DNA from: Candidatus Bilamarchaeaceae archaeon
Lineage (GTDB): Archaea > Micrarchaeota > Micrarchaeia > Anstonellales > Bilamarchaeaceae
NCBI GenBank assembly: GCA_038870635.1
Contig: JAVZJR010000005.1
Coordinates: forward strand, 1-51,733
Length of the DNA stretch: 51,733 nt
Reading direction: 5' to 3'
Part shown: positions 36,718 to 45,649 of the stretch, one piece after another
How the letters are laid out: each line of letters opens with the position of its first letter
Numbering within the stretch: position 1 is the stretch's first letter
Program-made: the position numbers and the translations under genes
The notes under the pieces: model-generated
The model's database searches: none
Told to the model about the DNA's origin: nothing
Seen by the model: only the letters and a program-made list of their open reading frames with translations

Positions 36718-39700
36718 ATGATAAGGATATCCCATCTCAAGCTTAGAAACTTTAAATCATTCAAACACCTAAATTTAGAGTTCCCGCCAGGTATGATATG
36801 CTTTGCAGGGCCAAACGGTTCTGGAAAAAGCAATATAAATGACTCTATAATGTTCGCTTTAGGTGAAACCTCGTTAAAATCCCTCCGCGCCAAAAAAGTA
36901 AAAGACCTCATCCATGTTGATTCCAAAACTGCAGAGGTATGGTTAAGGTTTGATGGAGACGAAAAATACGAAATAAAAAGAGCGATAAGAGATGATGGTA
37001 AAATAATATACCGATTGAACGGAAAGAGAACTACGAGAACTTCTATAATAGAATTGCTAAAAAAATATAACTTAGACACTTCAGGAAGAAATATCATAGC
37101 ACAAGGAGAAGTGCAAAGAATAGCAGAAATGAGTGGAAAGGAAAGAAGAGAGATAATAGATGCTGTCGCTGGTATCTCTGATTTTGAACAAAAAAAGAAA
37201 GAAGCACTTTCAGAACTTGCGGTAGTGGATGGAAGAATAAACGAGGCGAACATCGTTTTAGGTGAGAGACTGTCTTTCTTAGCTGAACTTCAAAAAGAGA
37301 GAGACATCGCAATACGATATAAAGAAGCAAAAGATAACTTAGATGGTGCACGGGCTGCGCTCGTAAAGATGGAACTAGAAAAAAGTAAAAAGGAATTAGA
37401 AAAATCAGAAACACAAAAAAAGGAATTAGAAGAAAAAATAAAAGCGCTGCAGAAGGAAATGGAAAAAAACAACGAAGAGATAAGTAACATAACCAAACAA
37501 AAAGCAGAAATAACTAATGAGCTTCAGAAAAAGCAGAAAAGTGCGGAAGAAATAAAAAGAATAGAGGAATTAAAAGCAAAGATAGTTGCACTCGAAGAAA
37601 AAATAAGGGAAAAAAAGGAAACACTCGAAAAACTGAAAGAGGAAAGTGAAGAATTAGAAAAAATATTAGAAAAAGAGAGAGAGAAAATAAAAGATATTGA
37701 AAACAGTATAAAGACACTTGAATATGAATTAGAAAAAAAAGAGAAAGTCACAAAAAAAGAAAAAATTGAAGAAAATGAGGAGATAACAAAAACAAAGTCA
37801 AGAAAAGAAGAGATAAATGCCGAACTCCAATCGCTTAGAGAGAAAAATGCTTCACTAGCCGCAGAGAACAAAGCCCGTAATGAGCAAGTACAAATGCTAA
37901 AGAAGCAACTTGAAGAACTAAGCGCAATAGTAGAGGAAAAAAAAGAGTATGATTTAGAAAAAATTAAAACTGAAAGAGATGAATTAAACTCTCGTATTGA
38001 AGAATTATTCCAACAAACAAAAGAAATAAACAAAAGAATAGCAGAATTAGAAAAAGAAATGCTTGAATTAAAGGAAAAAATTTCAATATATCGAGTTCGT
38101 TTTTCTCCTCAACTTGTAAACCCTGGATTAAAAATAGTAGAAGATATGAAAAAAAGCGATAGAGGAATATACGGCACTGTAGCTGACCTCATTCAATTCG
38201 ATTCCACTATGGCTAAAGCAGTTGAAGCAGCAGGTGGTGGAAGGTTGCTTTATGTTGTGGTAGATAGTGCAGATACCGCCATCAGAATAATAGAGAAACT
38301 AAAAAAAGAAAGAGCGGGAAGAGTAACATTTATACCGTTAAGCACTATAAGAACGAATGAGCCGCGCTCAATCGGTGGTTTTGAATCTATAATAACAAAA
38401 ATAAAATACCCCGCCGAAGTTAGAAAAGCAATAGAGTATGTTTTTGGCGATACTATATTAATAAAAGACCATGAAGATGCAAAAAAGATAGGAATGGGAA
38501 AGTGTAGGATGGTTACCTATGCGGGAGAAATATATGAAATAAGTGGAACCATTGCAGGCGGTTTCTCTGAAAGCGGATTACTTACACAAAACCAACTCAA
38601 AAAACTTGAAGACGCATTTGCAACTGCAAAGAAAGAGAAAGACGACTTAACCCAACAACTTTATGCGATAAGAGAAGAAGAAGCAGAACTCCGTGCTAGA
38701 AAATCGCGACTAGAGGTAGAGATAAAAACAATAGAAGCTGAGAAAAAACAAAAAGAAAATATTTTAGAACAAAACAAAAAAAAGAAACAAGAGATAGAGG
38801 AACAAATAAAGAATTTATACCACATTATTTCTAATGGTGAAGATACATTAAAAAAAATACAGGAAAGAATTACTGCGTTAACAACAGAAGAAATAAACAT
38901 TTTAGAAAAACTAGAGAAAATGGAAAAAGAAGAAAAACAAAGATTAGAAGCAGCACACAAAAAAGCAACAGAAGACGCAGAGGAAATATCAAGACTGCGA
39001 GCAACCATAAATGGAAGAAAAAAGGAACATGAATTACTATCACAGAGTTATGCCGAGAAAGAGCAACGGTATGCTCAAATAAAAAAAGAGATTGCTGTTT
39101 TAGAAAAAGAAATAAAAGAAAGCATAGAAGAAAATGAACAAAAAAGAAAGAGACTTGCAGATGAAGAAGAAAACCTAAAAACAAAAGGCAAACAGATAGA
39201 ACAGCTTTTTGAAGAAATAAGAAAAAACGAACAAAAATTACAGGAAATCGGAGGGAGAAATGATTTATTAAAAAGAGAGATAGCAGCATTAGATAAAGAA
39301 ATCGGACAACTTGAGATAAAAAAAGCAACAGCCATAACTAAAATAAGCGATTTAGAGGTTGAAATACAAAAATACTCTCATGTTAAAATATTAGCAGAAC
39401 AAACAAAGCAAAGATTAACTGAGATAATAAATGAGAATGAGAAAATACTAAATGAAATAGGTACCAACGTAAATTTGGCTGCAATAGAAATGTTCGCTAA
39501 AAAAGAAGCTGAGATAAAGGAAGTAAAAGAAAAAATCGACCAATTAACACAGGAGCGGGATGCAATAATAAAAATGATAAACGAAATAGAAGAACACAAA
39601 AAAGAAGCATTCTTCGAGGCATTCAATAAAATAAGTGATAATTTCAAGAAGATATTTTCTTATGTAAATATTGGAACAGGTTACCTAATGTTAGACAAAC

Positions 39701-40062
39701 CAAACGATCCTTTTGAGAGCGGACTTTACATAAGGATGAAAAGAGGAAATCACGAATATGCTCTTGATTCTCTTTCTGGCGGTGAAAGGACACTTGTATC
39801 GCTTATTTTCATATTTGCGCTTCAACTCTTCAAGCCAGCACCATTCTATGTTCTCGATGAAGTAGATGCTGCACTCGATCGCGAGAATAGCAAACGAATG
39901 GCTGAATTAATAAAACAAATGAGCAAGGATAGTCAATTCATAGTAGTATCGCATAATGAAACACTTATAGCGAATGCTGATGTAGTTTTTGGTGTTACTA
40001 AAGTAGGCGATACCTCTGAAGTAGCAGCGGTAAAATTAGAGGGCATTCCTATTACGAAATAG
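36718..40062 (+). CDS. smc: Chromosome segregation protein SMC
   Basis: NFKSF, GPNGSGKSN, coiled coils, hinge (GIYGTV..GRVTFIPL), LSGGE, LDEVDAALD, VSH. Confidence 0.97.
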   Translation: MIRISHLKLRNFKSFKHLNLEFPPGMICFAGPNGSGKSNINDSIMFALGETSLKSLRAKKVKDLIHVDSKTAEVWLRFDGDEKYEIKRAIRDDGKIIYRLNGKRTTRTSIIELLKKYNLDTSGRNIIAQGEVQRIAEMSGKERREIIDAVAGISDFEQKKKEALSELAVVDGRINEANIVLGERLSFLAELQKERDIAIRYKEAKDNLDGARAALVKMELEKSKKELEKSETQKKELEEKIKALQKEMEKNNEEISNITKQKAEITNELQKKQKSAEEIKRIEELKAKIVALEEKIREKKETLEKLKEESEELEKILEKEREKIKDIENSIKTLEYELEKKEKVTKKEKIEENEEITKTKSRKEEINAELQSLREKNASLAAENKARNEQVQMLKKQLEELSAIVEEKKEYDLEKIKTERDELNSRIEELFQQTKEINKRIAELEKEMLELKEKISIYRVRFSPQLVNPGLKIVEDMKKSDRGIYGTVADLIQFDSTMAKAVEAAGGGRLLYVVVDSADTAIRIIEKLKKERAGRVTFIPLSTIRTNEPRSIGGFESIITKIKYPAEVRKAIEYVFGDTILIKDHEDAKKIGMGKCRMVTYAGEIYEISGTIAGGFSESGLLTQNQLKKLEDAFATAKKEKDDLTQQLYAIREEEAELRARKSRLEVEIKTIEAEKKQKENILEQNKKKKQEIEEQIKNLYHIISNGEDTLKKIQERITALTTEEINILEKLEKMEKEEKQRLEAAHKKATEDAEEISRLRATINGRKKEHELLSQSYAEKEQRYAQIKKEIAVLEKEIKESIEENEQKRKRLADEEENLKTKGKQIEQLFEEIRKNEQKLQEIGGRNDLLKREIAALDKEIGQLEIKKATAITKISDLEVEIQKYSHVKILAEQTKQRLTEIINENEKILNEIGTNVNLAAIEMFAKKEAEIKEVKEKIDQLTQERDAIIKMINEIEEHKKEAFFEAFNKISDNFKKIFSYVNIGTGYLMLDKPNDPFESGLYIRMKRGNHEYALDSLSGGERTLVSLIFIFALQLFKPAPFYVLDEVDAALDRENSKRMAELIKQMSKDSQFIVVSHNETLIANADVVFGVTKVGDTSEVAAVKLEGIPITK

Positions 40063-41155
40063 ATATGTTCTGGAGTTCCAAGACAACATTACCTATTATT
40101 TTTGCTACTGCAGATATATTTACTTCGTTAGATTTTATTAAATCTGAACTTTCAAATTCAATAAAACGACGATTGTCAACAAAAAGATAATCGCTCGCAT
40201 TTGGCGATATAGTGTATATATATGAAACAGTATAGTTATAAGGTAAGGAAAAGTTCTCATCTTTTGTAGTAACAATCAACAGTGATGGTAAAAAAGAGAT
40301 ATTAACACCAAAATCAGAAATCGCTTTGTCACTATCAGTAAAATTCTCTGCGAATATAACTGTTTTTTTGTCCACATACGAAACATAATCAAACTGTTTT
40401 ATGGTGGTTAGCTGATTGATTGAAATTTCAGTTTGGAAAACACCCATATCGCTTCTATTATACGTTGCATTTAAGCCGGCTATATCAATTGAATTACGGT
40501 TTTCCCATGGAATTGAAAAAACGTATTTTATTCGACTGTCCTCTACCACACCAGAAAAAGTTATTGGTTTATCTTCACTTTTAACAACAGCTGCCCCATA
40601 TTGAACAATAAAATTATCTTGTACAGCAACTAACATTGATACGGTTACCTCACTATCAAGCTGGATTAAAGGTTGAACCTCTGCCTTAATTGGTACCCCT
40701 GATAAAGAAGCATTCACCTTTTGACCGTTTTCGTCTAGCACTACGGCGACTACGCTTGGCGCAGCTATGTTTGCAAGGGAATAAGGATTAAGGCCCATTT
40801 TTTTAAGCGCAAGGGCAACAGAATAAACATCATCTCTTGTTTCCACTTTTACTATCAACCCATTATTTTCTTGCGACACATCAACAACACCAGGTATTGA
40901 GCGAATGCTCTCAAAAAGTTCTGCGCTCATTGGTTGGGATGGCAAGAATATGTATGGTTCGTAAGTTCGTATAGTACCAACAAATTCTGCCTTGCCTGTT
41001 TTAAATGCAGCATTAGATTTCCCTGCAAATATATTTGTATTTAAAAGACCCATGCCTATGAGTTCAAAAACAAGTATAAGAACACCAACAATAGCAAGTA
41101 TGGTTTTCCAATTTTTGAAAATCGAATCCTCATTAGATTTATTCTCTTCTGCCAT
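40052..41155 (-). CDS. Hypothetical membrane-anchored extracytoplasmic protein
   Basis: One N-terminal TM helix, beta-rich, several N-x-S/T sequons; GGTG RBS. Confidence 0.7.
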   Translation of the reverse strand: MAEENKSNEDSIFKNWKTILAIVGVLILVFELIGMGLLNTNIFAGKSNAAFKTGKAEFVGTIRTYEPYIFLPSQPMSAELFESIRSIPGVVDVSQENNGLIVKVETRDDVYSVALALKKMGLNPYSLANIAAPSVVAVVLDENGQKVNASLSGVPIKAEVQPLIQLDSEVTVSMLVAVQDNFIVQYGAAVVKSEDKPITFSGVVEDSRIKYVFSIPWENRNSIDIAGLNATYNRSDMGVFQTEISINQLTTIKQFDYVSYVDKKTVIFAENFTDSDKAISDFGVNISFLPSLLIVTTKDENFSLPYNYTVSYIYTISPNASDYLFVDNRRFIEFESSDLIKSNEVNISAVAKIIGNVVLELQNISIS

Positions 41156-41177
41156 CGCGACACCACCAAACAGCTAA

Positions 41178-42386
41178 TTAACTTCCATATTTTTCTGCTT
41201 TTTTTAGAATATTAAGAATTATGGGCATAAGATCCTTCCCACGAATATGCCCAAGACCACCGTTCATACAACTCATTTCATCAAATTTTTTAACGTTATC
41301 TTTTCTTTCCTCTTTACTCCAAATGAGTATAGGTACCTCGTGACCGGAATGTTCTTTTCTTGAAACTGGTGTAGAATGATCACCAGTTATTATGATGGAT
41401 GCACCACTTTTTGCTATAATAGGTATTATATTTCTATCTACTGCCTCTATTGTTTTTTTCTTTTGCTCAAAATTTCCATCATGACCGGCATTATCGCAGC
41501 CTTTCACGTGCAAAAACACAAGATCATAATCGTTTGTTGCTTTTACAGCAGCATAAGCTCTTTCTTGAAGAATTTTATCATCTTCTTTTGAAGGAAGCAT
41601 AATTACATCCATGCCGACATAACGTGCCACGCCTCGATAAAGCGCCCCTCCTGCTATACATACCCCTTTTATACAAAACCTTTTAGTTATTGAAGGGACT
41701 GGAGTGTAAGTTCCTGCACCGCGCAATAGAAGAGCGTTAGCGGGTAGTTTTCCATTTTGCTCTCTTTTTTTGTTCTCTTCTGCTTTGGAAAGCACAGAAA
41801 TGCAGTATTCCATATAGCGATTTAATATACGGGCAGTTTTTTCTGCTTCTGGGCTTTTATCTAAAGCAAAAGAATTGATTATTGAGGAATCGATTATGTG
41901 TGGGTCGCTATCACATACCCTATCGCTTAACTTCGGCCCTCTAAAAACAACTGCGCCTCGATGGTCTACTGAGTGTTTGTATATTATATCAACATCCTCT
42001 ATACGCGTATTTAAATACTTCTCAAGACTTTTTGCTTCAGTTGTCTCTATCCTTCCTGCTCTGCGATCGATTATCCTCCCGTCTTTTATTGTTGCAAAAT
42101 TTGCTCTAAAAGCAATATCGCCTTCTTTTAGATTTATACCAACACCAAGGGCTTCAAGAGGACCACGACCAGGATAAAATATATCAGGATCATAACCAAA
42201 AATACGTAGATGAGAAGTATCACTTCCAGGCACCATTCCTCTTTTTATCGGTGAAAACAAACCAGTTATGCCTTCTTTGGCAAGCCTATCTATATTAGGT
42301 TTTTTTGCTGCTTGCAAAGGAGTTTTAGGCGTGGGTAAATCACCTAAGCCATCTATAATAAGAAGTATAACGCTATTTTTTTCCAT
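41178..42386 (-). CDS. apgM: 2,3-bisphosphoglycerate-independent phosphoglycerate mutase (archaeal ApgM)
   Basis: IIDGLGD, PGSDTSH, GRGPLEA, DRRAGR, D.AGHDG, GDHSTP. Confidence 0.96.
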   Translation of the reverse strand: MEKNSVILLIIDGLGDLPTPKTPLQAAKKPNIDRLAKEGITGLFSPIKRGMVPGSDTSHLRIFGYDPDIFYPGRGPLEALGVGINLKEGDIAFRANFATIKDGRIIDRRAGRIETTEAKSLEKYLNTRIEDVDIIYKHSVDHRGAVVFRGPKLSDRVCDSDPHIIDSSIINSFALDKSPEAEKTARILNRYMEYCISVLSKAEENKKREQNGKLPANALLLRGAGTYTPVPSITKRFCIKGVCIAGGALYRGVARYVGMDVIMLPSKEDDKILQERAYAAVKATNDYDLVFLHVKGCDNAGHDGNFEQKKKTIEAVDRNIIPIIAKSGASIIITGDHSTPVSRKEHSGHEVPILIWSKEERKDNVKKFDEMSCMNGGLGHIRGKDLMPIILNILKKAEKYGS

Positions 42387-42558
42387 AAACTGTATTAGCT
42401 AATGAAATTTTAAAGATTATTCTTTTTCAAAAGCAATGTTCTTTATTCATTGCTCACAGTCTTTTCTAAGTTCTAAGTATTTGTGTTTAAAAGTGTTGAA
42501 ATGTATAATATTTATAAATTGTTTGAAGACGTATAATAATCAAAGGTGGTGTTTATAA

Positions 42559-42963
42559 ATAAAATATAAAGATTTTAAGAACAAACCTAAAACCCAAGAA
42601 GGAAGAATAAAGAAAAAGAAAGAATTTCAATCTTTTAAAAAATCAGAGACTGAAATAGTATCAAAAGAAGAGAAAAAACAATTAAATTCTAAGCTAATTG
42701 AAGCTGCTAATACTGGGAATGCCGAACTTGTAAAAAGATTAATAGAGCGAGGTGCAGATGTAAACGCTGAAACTCGCTTTGGCGAGACGGTACTGAGGTA
42801 TGCTCTAGAAAAAGGTCATACAGAAATTGCAAAACTTCTTATAGAAAGAGGAGCAGATGTAAACGCTAAAAATAAGGATGGCTGGACTGCACTGATGTAT
42901 GCTCTCGTAAAAGGTCATACAGAAATTGCAGAACTACTTAGAAAGGCAGGGGCGAAGGAATAG
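42559..42963 (+). CDS. Ankyrin-repeat protein (134 aa, ATA first codon; not in ORF track)
   Basis: LIEAANTGNAELVKRLIERGADVNAETRFGETVLRYALEKGHTEIAKLLIERGADVNAKNKDGWTALMYALVKGHTEIAELLRKAGA; RBS-like AGGTGGTG at 42544-42551. Confidence 0.85.
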   Translation: MKYKDFKNKPKTQEGRIKKKKEFQSFKKSETEIVSKEEKKQLNSKLIEAANTGNAELVKRLIERGADVNAETRFGETVLRYALEKGHTEIAKLLIERGADVNAKNKDGWTALMYALVKGHTEIAELLRKAGAKE

Positions 42964-42984
42964 ATTTTTTGATTTTTTGTTGTT

Positions 42985-43830
42985 TTAATTCCTCGCGGCC
43001 CATTTTTCCATATCATAGAGGACCAGCATTTCACAATCTGAATTGCCTTTGCACTCCTTGAGCAAGAATACGCCGTCAGATTCCATTGCCTTATTCCATC
43101 TGGCCCAGCCGATACACCTATACTTCCAGTCTATACTGCTTATGCTATCACAATAACTCTCATCACCAGTTACCATTGCCATACAAGTTGCTTTTGAATC
43201 AGCTTCACCGCCACCGGAAGCAGGCTTAAACTGGTCGCATGCCCTTTTATCCCGTTTTATTTTAGCATAATCCATCAAACACGTATACCCGCCTTTACAC
43301 TGCTCTAGAGTTATCTGTCCTTTCTCCATTTTGATGTCAGCTTCACAGTTAGCTGGGCTCTTTGATTTTTCGCAATATTTTGAGTCAAGTGTTGCAACAG
43401 CATAATGCATGTAACAATCAGTTGATATCGTCAGGTTTACTACTTTTCCATCCTTAACGCCAGTAACGTAAGGATTAACAGAATCGCATAACGATGGTTG
43501 TTTCTTAACTGCAGCTATCATTGATTCACAACCCTCTTTCTCACCATACTCCCTCTGCAACTCGCACTTCTTCATATCCATCCCGAAGACCGCTTCACAC
43601 ATCTGTCTCCACCGTGTTGTCTTTATGTTTGGGCAGAGTGAGAGCATATACTGCGATGGATTAACAAGTGAACCGCTGCCCGTACCTTGCTGCCCATTGC
43701 TCATCTCTTCTTCAGTATTCATGTCAAGAGTGTTTGTGTGGTTCTCTTGAACATTTTGAAATGTTTCAGTTATGGGACAGCTAAATAGAATAACAAATAA
43801 AAGAGTACTCAAAGCGATCTTTTCGTACAA
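42985..43830 (-). CDS. Secreted/lipoprotein Cys-rich repeat protein
   Basis: Signal ending LFS-C; recurring C..A...D...C repeats; GGTGA RBS before TTG start. Confidence 0.75.
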   Translation of the reverse strand: MYEKIALSTLLFVILFSCPITETFQNVQENHTNTLDMNTEEEMSNGQQGTGSGSLVNPSQYMLSLCPNIKTTRWRQMCEAVFGMDMKKCELQREYGEKEGCESMIAAVKKQPSLCDSVNPYVTGVKDGKVVNLTISTDCYMHYAVATLDSKYCEKSKSPANCEADIKMEKGQITLEQCKGGYTCLMDYAKIKRDKRACDQFKPASGGGEADSKATCMAMVTGDESYCDSISSIDWKYRCIGWARWNKAMESDGVFLLKECKGNSDCEMLVLYDMEKWAARN

Positions 43831-43889
43831 AAAATCACCATAATCAAATAAACAATTAAATTAAAAAATAGTGAGTGTGTTATTTAAAT

Positions 43890-44144
43890 GCGGGCTAGGT
43901 GGGGGCTAGGGGTCCCTTTTCCGCAAATCCCCTTAGGCGGACCGAACGTCCGGTGCGTCGCTGTGCAGGAAAGCATCTTTTGTCTTAGGCGTGGATGCTC
44001 TGTCCTGCGTGGCGGAGATTAGTATGAACCGGGTCAGGCCGGAAGGAGCAGCCCTAAGTATTAATTTCCGTGCTTGCAGACAACAGAGCGGAGCTGATGA
44101 CAAAAGCTCTGCTTTTTTGTGCAACGGCAATCCGGAAAGCCCGC
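43890..44144 (+). ncRNA. ffs: Archaeal SRP RNA (compact, ~255 nt)
   Basis: Helix 8 signature GGGTCAGGCCGGAAGGAGCAGCCC (44031-44054); ends pair GCGGGCT/AGCCCGC; Alu-like 5' region. Confidence 0.93.
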
Positions 44145-44153
44145 TTTTAGTTA

Positions 44154-44293
44154 TTCTTACTGTTTTCTTGGCTTCTTACTGTATTCTCTGTTATATTTTC
44201 TGTTTTCTATGTGCCGTTTCTCCGGTGTTCATCGGTACCGGCGGGGGTTTTTATGTTTTCTCCTGTTTTCATTGCTTCTTACTGTTTTCTCTG
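44154..44293 (+). repeat. Pyrimidine-rich direct repeats flanking a GC hairpin
   Basis: GCTTCTTACTGTWTTCTCTG at 44171-44190 and 44274-44293 (19/20 identical), partial copy 44154-44168; hairpin ~44217-44247 followed by T5. Confidence 0.6.
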
Positions 44294-44455
44294 CATTTCT
44301 AATATTTTCTATGTTTATTTGATATTAGAAGAACCTTAGTAAAGCTTTATAAAGGAAATAAACCTTTACAAGTTTAAAAAATAAATATACTACTCTATTC
44401 TTATAAATTACTAAACCTCATAAACTATTTTGTTCTTAACTGTATATCTAATTGT

Positions 44456-45649
44456 TTAGTTCTTACCTGAAAGTAAATAAAAATCTTCATAATTTTTTAC
44501 TAACAACTTGTTTGGTAGAGTAACTAGTCTTCCATCTTTTTTCAACATTAAAGCATTCATTTTATTTTCTAGTACTATACTTATACCATACTCAAGCATT
44601 TCTTTTCTAATATCTTCTTTTATATTGCAATTTGGTGTTAAGATAAATAGAACATCGTTGTACCAGTAGTTATCTATTGAAGTTGGTATATAAGAAAGGT
44701 CGACCTCACACCCACCAAAATTTTTTCTAAATTTTAGAACAGCATCTAAAATATTATTATACCAAATGTTGAAATTATTTCTTAACATTTTAAGTTTATT
44801 GATATCAAGAAAGAAAATTTTATTCACTAAATCTTTTACTATATTTGCTGGAAATGATATTTTCCATTCTTTTTCACCTATTCTAAATTCTCTAGTAAGA
44901 TCAATTTTAGTTTCTCCATTAAGAGCACTTTTAATTATACGTATCGTATTGCTTTTTGACCCTGTTCTTTTTTCTATTTCTTCATTTATTTTAACAAATT
45001 TTTGATAACTTTCTGAAGCTTGTTCAATTTTAATATCTTCAAGCGCATTATTTTTTTTTAATTCTTCAAAAATCTCAACAATACCTTGAAAATTTATTTC
45101 ACCATCAACACCAGGGGCAATAATAGCTAATTTTGTTGTGACTTTATGTTTAATACGTGATAGTATTTCAATACAAGTAAGGTCTACAAAGGGGGTAATT
45201 AATGATGGAAAATCTTTTTTTCTTGCTAGCGCATCACCACCAACATCGACTGCAATAATGAGGTCGTAGTTATTTCGTGATATTAATTCTTCAAGAGCTC
45301 TTAAAATAGCTTTTGTTCCATACTGAAGCGAAAAAACATACAATTGATCTATTCCAAGTTTGAATTCTCTATTCAATTGTATAAGCTCTGGTTCAAAATA
45401 GAAATTTATTTCATTTTTAGCAGAAGGTAGAGGTATAAATTTTTTACTATTAAGATTCAAAGCGTTAATAGGATTTTCAAGTTTGTTATTAAATGTATGT
45501 AATGCCCAAGGTGTCAAGAAGCCTGCAAGATCAATGGTTTTAGTCCCTTGTTTTCGAAGTTCTTCTGTTAATAATATCGCAGAACCCATATCTCTGCCAC
45601 TGCCGGCGCCGATAACCAATGCTTTCGAGTACGTTTGTTTAAGTGTCAT
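44456..45649 (-). CDS. DUF1152 family protein with C-terminal extension
   Basis: IGAGSGRD, YFEPEL, AVDVGGDALA, APGVDGE motifs. Confidence 0.75.
   Translation of the reverse strand: MTLKQTYSKALVIGAGSGRDMGSAILLTEELRKQGTKTIDLAGFLTPWALHTFNNKLENPINALNLNSKKFIPLPSAKNEINFYFEPELIQLNREFKLGIDQLYVFSLQYGTKAILRALEELISRNNYDLIIAVDVGGDALARKKDFPSLITPFVDLTCIEILSRIKHKVTTKLAIIAPGVDGEINFQGIVEIFEELKKNNALEDIKIEQASESYQKFVKINEEIEKRTGSKSNTIRIIKSALNGETKIDLTREFRIGEKEWKISFPANIVKDLVNKIFFLDINKLKMLRNNFNIWYNNILDAVLKFRKNFGGCEVDLSYIPTSIDNYWYNDVLFILTPNCNIKEDIRKEMLEYGISIVLENKMNALMLKKDGRLVTLPNKLLVKNYEDFYLLSGKN

Noticed and set aside
36654..39647. Multiple F/S/L-rich minus-strand ORFs
   Set aside because: Antisense shadows of the K/E-rich smc coiled coils; the same applies to short antisense ORFs within mcm, leuS, rpl11, trxB and others
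44094..44243. Hammerhead ribozyme cores (CTGATGA..GAAA on +; CCGATGA..GAAAC on -)
   Set aside because: On +, GAAA does not follow stem II; on -, no stem I can form
43933..44322. Three ORFs over the GC-rich region
   Set aside because: They overlap the SRP RNA and its T-rich trailer; composition is not protein-like
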